In this document: in pieces, positions 19,327 to 28,477 of the stretch
Position numbering within the stretch: the first letter of the stretch is position 1
How the letters are laid out: the number at the start of each line of letters is the position of its first letter
DNA from: Cyanobacteria bacterium auto_48_18
GTDB lineage: Bacteria; Cyanobacteriota; Vampirovibrionia; Obscuribacterales; Obscuribacteraceae
Reading direction: 5' to 3'
NCBI GenBank assembly: GCA_036170915.1
Contig: JAVHQC010000022.1
Span: forward strand, 287,420 to 351,419
Length of the DNA stretch: 64,000 bases
The notes under the pieces: model-generated
Seen by the model: only the letters and a program-made list of their open reading frames with translations
What the model was told of the DNA's origin: nothing
Database searches by the model: none
Translations under genes and position numbers: made by a program

Positions 19327-20064
19327 TTACATATGAATTGCAGGCTGGAAGGATTTCATAAAATTGGCAGCAGATGCGCCTTCGTTAAAGAGCAGGTCAA
19401 GAACGGTAATGTGATGATCGAAAGGTGGGAAAAGCTGGTGATATTCAGGATAACCGCTATAGTCCATCCAGACAATTTCTATGGCGTTGTTTGCAAACAG
19501 TTCTTCGTCAATATATGGCTTCGCTGCCGGCCCCGAATAATATATCTCAGCTTTAGCTTGCTTGCATAAGCTAATTAGGCGCATGTTCTTATCGCCTTCC
19601 AATGTGTAATCTGAGGCATTGGTTAATGGAGTTACAATTCCAAGCAGATCACACAGCATCTCTAAAAATTTACGATTTATTTGCGACAAGCTCAAACCGT
19701 CCAACTCCGAAAACGCCACGTCAAATGAGTCACGGTAATTAGCGAAGAATGGTGCTTTTGAGTAGTTGTGCTTAATGGCATTCCAGTGCGCCTTACTCCA
19801 ATCGTTGTTAGATGTTCTCATCTCGTCAATGCGAGCTAGATACTTACCTTTTGATTCAACGGGAATTGTTAGCCATTCTGAGCCGCGAGGTGTTTTTATT
19901 CTGTTTCTGTTTCGCCAGTCGCGTCTTGTGAATTGGACACAGTCATACAAAATAAATTCGTCGACAAGGTTAATCAGATCGAAATATCCCTTCCATGGAA
20001 TATAGGACGACTGAAGAATAGCGCACTTCTTTTTTACCGCCACTGATGACTCCACGGTTTGCAC
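19327..20064 (-). CDS. WbqC-family protein (second copy)
   Basis: QSSYIPWKGYFD, QFTRRDWRNRNRIKT, YYSGPAA, YPEYHQL, VLDLLFN. Confidence 0.88.
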   Translation of the reverse strand: MQTVESSVAVKKKCAILQSSYIPWKGYFDLINLVDEFILYDCVQFTRRDWRNRNRIKTPRGSEWLTIPVESKGKYLARIDEMRTSNNDWSKAHWNAIKHNYSKAPFFANYRDSFDVAFSELDGLSLSQINRKFLEMLCDLLGIVTPLTNASDYTLEGDKNMRLISLCKQAKAEIYYSGPAAKPYIDEELFANNAIEIVWMDYSGYPEYHQLFPPFDHHITVLDLLFNEGASAANFMKSFQPAIHM

Positions 20065-20289
20065 TCTTCTATTAACTTGCTGTTGCGCGTGTGAATTCGC
20101 GTGCTCTTACAAGACTCTGGTGAGGATAACAGAGGCGGTATCGGCCTGTCGCACCTGATATTTAATTTATGATTCTGTTGGGTATTTTTATCATGCAAAC
20201 AATCCTCCCATTTAGATTAATATGAGCTGGACTGATGTCGGGCCAGCGGTGCTTAGCGCTGTAGGAATTATTCAAATAGCGGGAAACAA

Positions 20290-20925
20290 ATGTCATCGCA
20301 TTCGCCTATTGAATCTAAAAACCAACTTTTGGAAAAGCAGGAGCCATTATCAAATGAAGACAAGGCGCTTTTTGGATATTTCGGTGTCAATGCAAAGATT
20401 TTGCCGCCTTATCGAATTCTAAATCCACAAAATCTGTTTATCGGCGACTTTACTTCCATTCGAGAATGCTGTCATATAAATGCATTTGTCGATCTTTCTT
20501 TTTTGCGAAATTACGTAGACCCTCAGTTCATTGATGATTTGCCTGAACATCTTTATCATTACAAAAGTAGAATCGAAATAGGTCGAGAGTGCCAATTAGG
20601 TCGGTTTGCTTTCATGTCCTGCACGAATGAAATAAAGATTGAAAAAAATGTTGTAATTTCTGAGCGAGTATTTATAGGAGACAACAATCACACTTTTTCT
20701 CACCCGGAAGTGCCGATTGTTCAGCAACCGAACAAAGTAGGTGATCCGGTACTAATAGGCACAGGGAGCTGGATAGGTGTAGGTTCTGCAATACTTGCCG
20801 GAGCCAGAATTGGAAAAAATACTGCTGTTGGTGCAAACAGTGTTGTGAGAGCTGGTCAGTATCCAGACCATGCGGTGATTGGACCGCCGGCCGCAGAAGT
20901 TTTGTTCAGACGGCATCAAACTTAA
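20290..20925 (+). CDS. hexapeptide-repeat O-acyltransferase
   Basis: IGDNNH, VLIGTGSWIG, GARIGKNTAVGANSVV. Confidence 0.82.
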   Translation: MSSHSPIESKNQLLEKQEPLSNEDKALFGYFGVNAKILPPYRILNPQNLFIGDFTSIRECCHINAFVDLSFLRNYVDPQFIDDLPEHLYHYKSRIEIGRECQLGRFAFMSCTNEIKIEKNVVISERVFIGDNNHTFSHPEVPIVQQPNKVGDPVLIGTGSWIGVGSAILAGARIGKNTAVGANSVVRAGQYPDHAVIGPPAAEVLFRRHQT

Positions 20926-20987
20926 ATGTGTTAAGGCGGTTTAAGCGAACTTCGTACCACTGTTAGCTTTTTCAAAAGGAAATTTCA

Positions 20988-21671
20988 TTGGAAATTGATA
21001 CAAATTATGATGCCTTCTACAAAGATAGAGATCCTGTTTTTGTCTACCCGGTGGAATTTGTCGTCCGCGCCTTTCTTGGCACTTATCCTAATTTAGGTTT
21101 AGTTAAACCAAATTTTGCGGGAGCTAGTGTTCTTGACCTTGGTTTTGGTGACGGCCGAAATATGCCCTTATTGTCCAATTTAGGTATGACAGTTTCGGGA
21201 GTCGAAATTGCTGAAGATATCTGCACTCGAACTAAAGAACGGATGAAAAAGCTCGGTCTTGAAGTTGATACACGAGTCGGCCGCAACAATGCTATCCCGT
21301 TTAAAGATGGGGAGTTTGATCATTTGTTGGCATGCCATAGTTGTTATTACATAGATCAAGGAACTACTTTTGATGACAATTTAAAAGAGATCGCACGAGT
21401 CCTAAAACAGGGAGGCTGGTTTGTGTTCTCAGCCCCGATTGACACGAGCTACATTTTTAAGAACGCTCGCGATTTAGGTGATTCCCACATGGTTATCGCT
21501 AGTGATCCCTATGGCGTGAGAAATGGCTATGTTTTAAAAGCTTTTACTACACCTGAGAAAATTAGAAACTCACTTCTACCGTATTTCGAAGGTGTATCTA
21601 TAGGTGCCTGTCGCAATGATTTCTGGGGAGTTGAAGAGCATGTTTGGACTGTGGTTTGCGTTCGCAAATAA
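20988..21671 (+). CDS. class I SAM-dependent methyltransferase
   Basis: VLDLGFGDGRN, IPFKDGEFD, RVLKQGG. Confidence 0.85.
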   Translation: MEIDTNYDAFYKDRDPVFVYPVEFVVRAFLGTYPNLGLVKPNFAGASVLDLGFGDGRNMPLLSNLGMTVSGVEIAEDICTRTKERMKKLGLEVDTRVGRNNAIPFKDGEFDHLLACHSCYYIDQGTTFDDNLKEIARVLKQGGWFVFSAPIDTSYIFKNARDLGDSHMVIASDPYGVRNGYVLKAFTTPEKIRNSLLPYFEGVSIGACRNDFWGVEEHVWTVVCVRK

Positions 21672-21680
21672 CTCTGTAAT

Positions 21681-22730
21681 TCAGACCCGTAAGTAGTCTT
21701 TTAAATTGCTCGTCTCTTCGACTTGACCACTCAGGAGTTCATTTACATCGGTCTCGTCGACTTGATATGAAGGTCTGTCCATTGTTCGTGTGTAGATCCT
21801 GCCCACATATTCGCCAATAATTCCAAGCGCTAACAACTGAGCACCGGAAAAGATAATTATAATCGAGGCCAGGAAGGCGAAACCCGGCACCACAACGCCC
21901 CAGAGCATATAGCGCCCAAAAACATATGCCAGCAGCACAACTCCCAGGCCGACTAACGCCAGCCCATTTAAGCTGGCTATTTGCAATGGCAAGGTACTGA
22001 AGCCGGTAAGCATGTTCACGGCGTGCGTGATTAGTTTGCCAAACGTGTAATTAGATGTCTGATAACTGCGAGGTCGATGTTGTACCAAAACCATGCCGAA
22101 CTTGTTTGAACCCCAAGTGAGTAAAACATCGAGATTTACTGAAGGGCTGGAATAATTTTCAAATGAACGTCTTATTTTGGTCTTGAATGCTCTAAAAGCA
22201 CTTACGTCTGGGGCCGCAGCGTTGCCCAGTGCCTGTTTAATCACGAGCTTTGTTAGAGCAGACGCTGTATCTCTGAAAAGACCGTGTTCTTGTCTTGCAG
22301 GACGCCCATAGACAACGTCTATATCTTCTTCAACCAACTTATTGACCAGGGTCTTAATTTCGGCAGGAGGATGCTGTTGGTCATCATCCATTGTTAGTGT
22401 AATCTCGTATTGAGCTTCGCGAATGCCACAGAGGAGAGCGTTGTGCTGGCCGTAATTCCGCATTAAATTGATGCCGCGAAGCCAGGAATACTTCCTTTGC
22501 AAAGCGCAAATTACGTTCCAGCTAGCATCCATGCTCCCGTCATTGACCAGTATTACCTCAAAATTGTGGGCTACAACTGGAAGTTCCTCGCCTAGCGCCT
22601 GGACGAGCAAATCCAAACATCCCGCACTGTTGTATACCGGAATTACTACGCTAAGGTTTGGTTTCCATTTTTGAGTCATGATTTGCACTCTACCAGGCTG
22701 AGAGATTGTCATTATGCTAGAACGAGGCAT
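21681..22730 (-). CDS. GT2 polyprenol-phosphate glycosyltransferase (ArnC/GtrB-like), second copy
   Basis: VVIPVYN, VNDGSMD, RNYGQHNALLCG, MDDDQQHPP, GIIGEYVGRIY. The true start may be a downstream Met. Confidence 0.88.
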   Translation of the reverse strand: MPRSSIMTISQPGRVQIMTQKWKPNLSVVIPVYNSAGCLDLLVQALGEELPVVAHNFEVILVNDGSMDASWNVICALQRKYSWLRGINLMRNYGQHNALLCGIREAQYEITLTMDDDQQHPPAEIKTLVNKLVEEDIDVVYGRPARQEHGLFRDTASALTKLVIKQALGNAAAPDVSAFRAFKTKIRRSFENYSSPSVNLDVLLTWGSNKFGMVLVQHRPRSYQTSNYTFGKLITHAVNMLTGFSTLPLQIASLNGLALVGLGVVLLAYVFGRYMLWGVVVPGFAFLASIIIIFSGAQLLALGIIGEYVGRIYTRTMDRPSYQVDETDVNELLSGQVEETSNLKDYLRV

Positions 22731-22817
22731 CTTGCAAAGCTTAATTAGTTAAAACTAAGCCAAAAGCAATAAACTTCTTTATTTCAATTCTCCTGAAACA
22801 GTCACGAATTGTCAGTT

Positions 22818-24548
22818 TCATTGTTCGGATATTGCTGCTTTTGATTTGAAAGGAACTTCAATGGTAAGTGGCAATTTCTTCAGCTGGTAGATCGCAAGAT
22901 AGGTGGTCTCTAATACTTTTACAAAGGTGACCTTGCACTTGTAATGTTCTTCGATATATTGGCGAAGGCACTTATTAAACAGGGATTGCTCACTGATCAG
23001 GAAAACATTCTCCTCTTTGTAAAGGCTCTGGCAAACTTCATTTTCATTAAGATGAAACTGTTTCAATCGTTCCATGACCGGTGGAGACTGGCCGAGAGAA
23101 CCAATCGGGAGCAGGTTCAACGATTTAAATACTACATTTAGATTATCATCTGGGGACAACATTTCAAAAGGAAAGCATGTCGCCCAGGCGTAGTACAGAT
23201 CTTTAGGAGAAGGCTGAAGAGTTCTCAACGCATTGTTTAAGGACCTTCTAATCGCGCTCTGATTTTGGCTGGGTTTAATGCAGCTGAAATCTATATAGCA
23301 GGCAAGAGCAAAGATTCCCAGAATGGTAGCGGAGATTACAAACGCTCGGCCCTTACGTGTCTGAAACAAGTTCTGCACAATAGTGTTGATTTTACGTTCG
23401 TCTACAAAAATAAGCACCACAGCCACAAGGTATGCCGCGATCGAAAAATAGATTCGTGGCGGAATTCTGTTTATCAAAACAATACTCAAGCAAAAAACCG
23501 CGATGCCCTGGATCAATAAGCTCTTACGGTTAAATCGTTCAAGGTCTAAAAAAATTGAACCGAATGCCACTGTAAAAATGGCCGGCCAGATCAGTGGATT
23601 GCTGAAAATTTTTTCGAGCACTTGCAAAATTTGTTTTAACTGAAGCTTGTTGGGAGGTATGACTGCAGCAGCCGCCTCCATCGTTTCGGCGCTAAAAACA
23701 TTTTTGTCTATGAAGAAGAATAACCTGATCATCTCAAGATCATTGGTTGACCAACCTAACTCGCGCCGAATTTTCTGCATGCTTTCTTGGGGTAATTTTC
23801 GGTCCGGGTAATCGGAGAAAAAGGCTCTAGCGCTATTCAGCCGATAAAAACCTTGCCAGCCTGTTTCCGCATAATAGCGATTATTGATCCACATAAGCAT
23901 GCTATTTGCTGCAAAAGCAGCTATTAAAATTATGGTGGCGATCAAAGATCTGCGTACTTGTTTTGTTGTCATAAAAACCGAAATCACAGTACTTAGTGAC
24001 AGAGCAAAAATTAGCTCGAAGCTCACACCCCGAAGGACAGCCGACAAAAAGAACAAGAAGAACGCAGCAAAAAGATAAATCTTCCGTTCATCCCATTTTT
24101 CGAACCAAATTAAAAGTGCGCAAAGACCAGAAAGTGCTAGAAGAGCTGCTGTTGTCGTAAATTGGAGGCTAATTATGATGTGGATGCCAATCGTAATGAA
24201 GAACACGATGAACAGTGCTAAGCGGTTAATATCATTGCGTTTTATTAAAAAAGTGTAGCAAATTACGTACAGAGCAACAATTTGAGCAAGGCGTAAGTTA
24301 TAGGTGTACCAGGGACATGAAGGCCATTTCTGATACAGCTCGCGAAGCATAATGCCAAGACCGATATTTGAGTATGGTAGGTGTTCGTCCGGGGCAGAGC
24401 AAATTCCGGCACCAGCGCTGAGCATTGCTGCGGAGGGATCATCATTTGATTCCCAAAAAGAATGCATAGTAAAGGTACAAGTACAATAGAGAATACATAC
24501 TGTAATTAAGCTGGTGATTGCAGGGTGAGGAAGCTTTAGAGTTACCAT
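22818..24548 (-). CDS. multi-pass membrane protein, candidate GT-C-fold transferase (paralog 2)
   Basis: SNDD after TM1, LQFTTTAA, WSTND, FPFE; lies directly upstream of a GT2 gene on the same strand. Confidence 0.6.
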   Translation of the reverse strand: MVTLKLPHPAITSLITVCILYCTCTFTMHSFWESNDDPSAAMLSAGAGICSAPDEHLPYSNIGLGIMLRELYQKWPSCPWYTYNLRLAQIVALYVICYTFLIKRNDINRLALFIVFFITIGIHIIISLQFTTTAALLALSGLCALLIWFEKWDERKIYLFAAFFLFFLSAVLRGVSFELIFALSLSTVISVFMTTKQVRRSLIATIILIAAFAANSMLMWINNRYYAETGWQGFYRLNSARAFFSDYPDRKLPQESMQKIRRELGWSTNDLEMIRLFFFIDKNVFSAETMEAAAAVIPPNKLQLKQILQVLEKIFSNPLIWPAIFTVAFGSIFLDLERFNRKSLLIQGIAVFCLSIVLINRIPPRIYFSIAAYLVAVVLIFVDERKINTIVQNLFQTRKGRAFVISATILGIFALACYIDFSCIKPSQNQSAIRRSLNNALRTLQPSPKDLYYAWATCFPFEMLSPDDNLNVVFKSLNLLPIGSLGQSPPVMERLKQFHLNENEVCQSLYKEENVFLISEQSLFNKCLRQYIEEHYKCKVTFVKVLETTYLAIYQLKKLPLTIEVPFKSKAAISEQ

Positions 24549-25132
24549 TAGTTCTTGATGTACTCAAATTGATAAAAGTTAGACCATGTAAGCGATCGCC
24601 AATCTTTAACTGAAGCCGATGTGAAGGCCACGTTTTCTCGACAGCAAATATTGTAACCTTTGTCTAAGCCTCCGTTTAAAAACAATCAAGACACTAACAA
24701 TTTACTTTTCAAGCTTCCAATCGGCAATTCCGTCGGACAAGCCTAAGTCTCTATAACGACTGTCGCTCGATTATTACTGGTCATGCTCATCTGCTGACTG
24801 AGGCTTGGTTGCGTATGTGGTGCGTTATATCTGGGCATTAGTGAAGAATGACTCGGATCTAAAATAAGAACCGCGACAAAAGGCCACGAGCGTGTCGATG
24901 ATATAACGTCTATTAGAGCTTAGTTTCTAATGATTATTCGCTCAAGCTATCTACAGTAGAGGGCATATAGTAGCCTAGCCTTCAAACACTGATATGATTA
25001 TGAAGATTTTTACCCTGTTTGGTCCTTCTGTAAAAAGTCTGATATGTGCGATAAGAGCGCTTTCTGCAGGCACCTTCAGTTTTCAGGCATTCAAACCGTG
25101 CGAAATTTAAGCAACTACATTCGAGAAGACGC

Positions 25133-26101
25133 ATGAATAGTCGTGTAGGCAAGAGCTTTGATCCACTAACACAATTTCACAGTATGCGCAGGCTTTTCCC
25201 CGATCGGGTCCGCAAGTGTTGCGCTGAGAAGATTAATAGTTTGCATAAAAAGGGTCTTGTCGATGTAACTACAGTAGACATGGGCGGCACTTGGTCCGGG
25301 GGATTGCGAAAGTTGCCTTGGGACAGCTCCTTTTTTCAAATCGGTATCGGACGAATTGAATTTTTGGGAACGGAAAGAGTCGAGTTCGACCTAGAGAAAG
25401 ACTTAGTGGAAGCGATGTCCTTTATTCGCCACCTAAAAAAGACAGCGTCGTCACTCGAAATCGACTATTTGTCAGTGCAAGTTGATACCAGCGATGTGCT
25501 CCAGCTGGCTTCGCTTCAAGCGGAAGGTTTTATTATCGTCGATACGATTGTTTGCTATCTTTTGGATTTAAAAAATATCGTGCCATCAGAAAACAGCTTG
25601 GTACGTGAAGCTTTGATTACCGAAAATGAGTCTGTGGCTGAAATTGCACGGGTTTGCTTTAGGTCTCCGAGTTTCAATTCCAATCGATTCAATAGTGATC
25701 CGCTGTTCTCAGTCGATCAAATAGGTACAATGTATTCAATCTGGGGCCTCAAAAGTGTAAGTGGAGAAATGGCCGATAAGGTCCTAGTCTATGACGATGG
25801 TAATGGCCCTTCCGGCTTTATCACTATCAACCTTCCTGATTCCTTCGATACTATCGCTGGCTTGAACCTGGGTAGTATTCCGCTAAACGCTGTTGTTCCC
25901 CATCGACATGGGATGGGAATATATAGCGCCCTAGTGCAAGGCGCCTTACTCGAATTAAAAAGAAACAGCATTGACTGGGTTGATATTCGAACTCAGTTAC
26001 CGAATACGGCCGTGCATAAGACGTGGCAAAAATTAGGAGCAAATCCAGTTTTAAGCTACCACACGCTCAGGCATTATGCCCAAATACCCGCAACTAAGTG
26101 A
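25133..26101 (+). CDS. GNAT acyltransferase, WecD/RffC (dTDP-Fuc4N acetyltransferase)-like
   Basis: LPWDSSFF, RFNSDP, NAV...HGMG, TQLPN are characteristic of WecD; partner rffA is in the locus. Confidence 0.72.
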   Translation: MNSRVGKSFDPLTQFHSMRRLFPDRVRKCCAEKINSLHKKGLVDVTTVDMGGTWSGGLRKLPWDSSFFQIGIGRIEFLGTERVEFDLEKDLVEAMSFIRHLKKTASSLEIDYLSVQVDTSDVLQLASLQAEGFIIVDTIVCYLLDLKNIVPSENSLVREALITENESVAEIARVCFRSPSFNSNRFNSDPLFSVDQIGTMYSIWGLKSVSGEMADKVLVYDDGNGPSGFITINLPDSFDTIAGLNLGSIPLNAVVPHRHGMGIYSALVQGALLELKRNSIDWVDIRTQLPNTAVHKTWQKLGANPVLSYHTLRHYAQIPATK

Positions 26102-26176
26102 AGTTGAGGAGTTATTCATGTGGCACTTGGTTTTTTGAAGCATAATTGCAACGCTTGACTGAGGCGGTATGTCCGT

Positions 26177-28447
26177 ATGGAAGTGCACTTAGGGCAAACG
26201 GATATTTCGGCGAAAAAGAGATGGAGTCTAGCCGTTTTGCTAGTTTTCTCTTTTTTGGCGCTTAGCTTTGCTGCCTGTGGCACTCCGAAGTTTGAGACTA
26301 ACGACGATGTTGTGATGTCTATGATCGCATCGGGGGTTGGATTTGTTGACAAGCCCAATGACCATCTCCTGTACTCGCATTTTCTGGTCGGAAGGCTTTT
26401 AAACTCTCTCTATAGGTTGAACGGTGCCCTTCCATGGTACGCAATTTACCTATTGACCAGCAACATCATCAGTATTGCTGTCATTACTAATTTGATATTA
26501 CGAAAAGGGAATCGTCTTACCAGCCAAATTCTAATTCCGATTTTTTTTCTCTCAGTTTGTCTCCGTCCAACTCAACTACTTCAGTTCACCACTGCTGCCT
26601 CCCTCGCTTCAGCGGCTGGAGCGATCACCTTTTTGAGCGCACTCGAAGGAGAGCTTTGTTGGCGGCAATTGTTGAAGCCGCTAAGTGGCTCTGTGTGTTT
26701 ATTTGCCCTGGGCGCATTCATCCGTTTTGGAAGCGCAAAGCTTATTGCTGTCTACGCGGCTACATTTTTGGTGGCGCGAGTGTTAACAGATCGCAATTGG
26801 CTCAAACTGAAAATCGGTTTCGCTTTTTTTGCACTTGTTGTGGGCATGGCGTCGGCCGCGGAATATAGCAACGAAGTCTACTATGCCAGGGGTGGCTGGA
26901 GCGAGTTTTACAAGCTGAATCCACTTCGATTTAGCTTGACCGAGTTTGGTCGAACAACCACATTGACCACAGGTATAATTTCTTCATTTAAGGCCGTCGG
27001 ATGGTCGCCTGCAGATAATGATATGTTCCTGAAAATGTACGTCCTTGATCGTGACATTTATTCACTGGATCACCTGCGGCAATTAGATGCAAATATTCCG
27101 CGCTTAAAGCAAGTCGACTTTAATCAGACTTGGTCGAGCTTAATGGATGTTTTGGGAAACATCACTATCTTTCCAATTATTGCTACTTCTGTACTAGCGG
27201 TATTGGTAGTATCGAAAACGAAGCTTTCGTACTTTTCAAAAGTATTCTATGTTTTTGCTCTGTGTGTATCAACCGTATTGATGCAGATTACGATGAAACT
27301 TCCCCTCTACTTATTCTCTGGCGTAATCGGATTTACAGCTGCAGCTTTCATCTGGAGTGCAGCTTCGGATTCTTTGGCTGATGATTTTAAAAAGCTGTCT
27401 AAAGCTCAGCCAGTGTTTTGGTCAGTGCTGTTAATGTTGACCTTGCTTTTCTGGTGTCAGGCGGTTGTCGAATATCGGGAAAAAACCGCGAGTGTAGGTG
27501 AGCGCGGTAAAGAGTTTAAGACCATGCTCCAGGGTTGGAATCGCGATTATCTATACGTGGTGTGGGCTTGTGGGCTGCCCTACGAAGTCATACCGCCATT
27601 TGACAATATTCACGACTACTTTGGCGGTTTAAAATTAGCCGGCATCAATTTTTTAGCACGAACGCCTATTACGATCGAACGGTTGCAAGGCTTTGGCATC
27701 GCTGACCTAGCAGGGCAAATTACCAATGAACAGATCCGCCTGGTATCTTTGGATTGGTTAAATAGTTCGATGAAAAATTTTGTTCTTGAGCATTACCACA
27801 AGAGTGTCATCTTTGAGAATACACTCACTAACGATAAGTTGAATGTCAAAGTTTTTAAAGCCGAAGAAATCAACTCTGTCGTGCAAGAAAAAGAGTTAAG
27901 TCAATGGACTGAAGAGCAAAAAGCTGTTTATGTTTGTTCACCCACTGACGGGATAGAACTTACTCTGTTTCCTTCCACCAGATTTCAGTGGAGTCTCTTG
28001 CAGATGTGTCACGAAAGCACTCCTCGATCATTTTGGCCAAGTGAAGAGTTCCCACTTTGTTCACATTGCCGTGCGATAGAAGCTATTGATTCAAAATACA
28101 AATCAACTGGATTAATGCCTACTCTTAGTTCATTCACGCCCATAAACATAAAAGCTGATGAAATGTCTGAAGTGTTTATCGAAATTTCAATTCCGGATCC
28201 GGCTAAAGGAACTGTAGCTATGATCGAATTCAACGTCGGTTTACCGGAATCAAAGAAAGTGTTGATACCCTTTCACGTCGATAAAAATTTACACCGATAT
28301 GAATTGAACTTGAAAAAATTGAACTTGCCAGCCGGCTATATGATTAAAAACATGAACGTGCATCCTGTATACGTGAGAACAAATGGCTCAAATAAGACAT
28401 TTGTTTTGAAACGTTTCGGCTTTGTCCGCAGAAAAGCCGATGATTAG
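26177..28447 (+). CDS. multi-pass membrane protein, candidate GT-C-fold transferase (paralog 3) with extra C-terminal soluble domain
   Basis: TNDD, LQFTTAA, IRFGS, GWSPAD, LPYE; about 190 aa longer than its paralogs, with a beta-rich tail. Confidence 0.6.
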   Translation: MEVHLGQTDISAKKRWSLAVLLVFSFLALSFAACGTPKFETNDDVVMSMIASGVGFVDKPNDHLLYSHFLVGRLLNSLYRLNGALPWYAIYLLTSNIISIAVITNLILRKGNRLTSQILIPIFFLSVCLRPTQLLQFTTAASLASAAGAITFLSALEGELCWRQLLKPLSGSVCLFALGAFIRFGSAKLIAVYAATFLVARVLTDRNWLKLKIGFAFFALVVGMASAAEYSNEVYYARGGWSEFYKLNPLRFSLTEFGRTTTLTTGIISSFKAVGWSPADNDMFLKMYVLDRDIYSLDHLRQLDANIPRLKQVDFNQTWSSLMDVLGNITIFPIIATSVLAVLVVSKTKLSYFSKVFYVFALCVSTVLMQITMKLPLYLFSGVIGFTAAAFIWSAASDSLADDFKKLSKAQPVFWSVLLMLTLLFWCQAVVEYREKTASVGERGKEFKTMLQGWNRDYLYVVWACGLPYEVIPPFDNIHDYFGGLKLAGINFLARTPITIERLQGFGIADLAGQITNEQIRLVSLDWLNSSMKNFVLEHYHKSVIFENTLTNDKLNVKVFKAEEINSVVQEKELSQWTEEQKAVYVCSPTDGIELTLFPSTRFQWSLLQMCHESTPRSFWPSEEFPLCSHCRAIEAIDSKYKSTGLMPTLSSFTPINIKADEMSEVFIEISIPDPAKGTVAMIEFNVGLPESKKVLIPFHVDKNLHRYELNLKKLNLPAGYMIKNMNVHPVYVRTNGSNKTFVLKRFGFVRRKADD

Positions 28448-28477
28448 CGGACTTCTTGAGTTTGTGGAGAGGAATTG

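Noticed and set aside
24592..24599. HIP1 octamer GCGATCGC
   Set aside because: Only sporadic copies noticed (also near 62544); no sign of the dense enrichment typical of many oxygenic cyanobacteria.
24549..25132. Long intergenic region as a possible ncRNA or IS remnant
   Set aside because: No terminal inverted repeats, transposase fragment or strong structure seen; probably divergent promoters.
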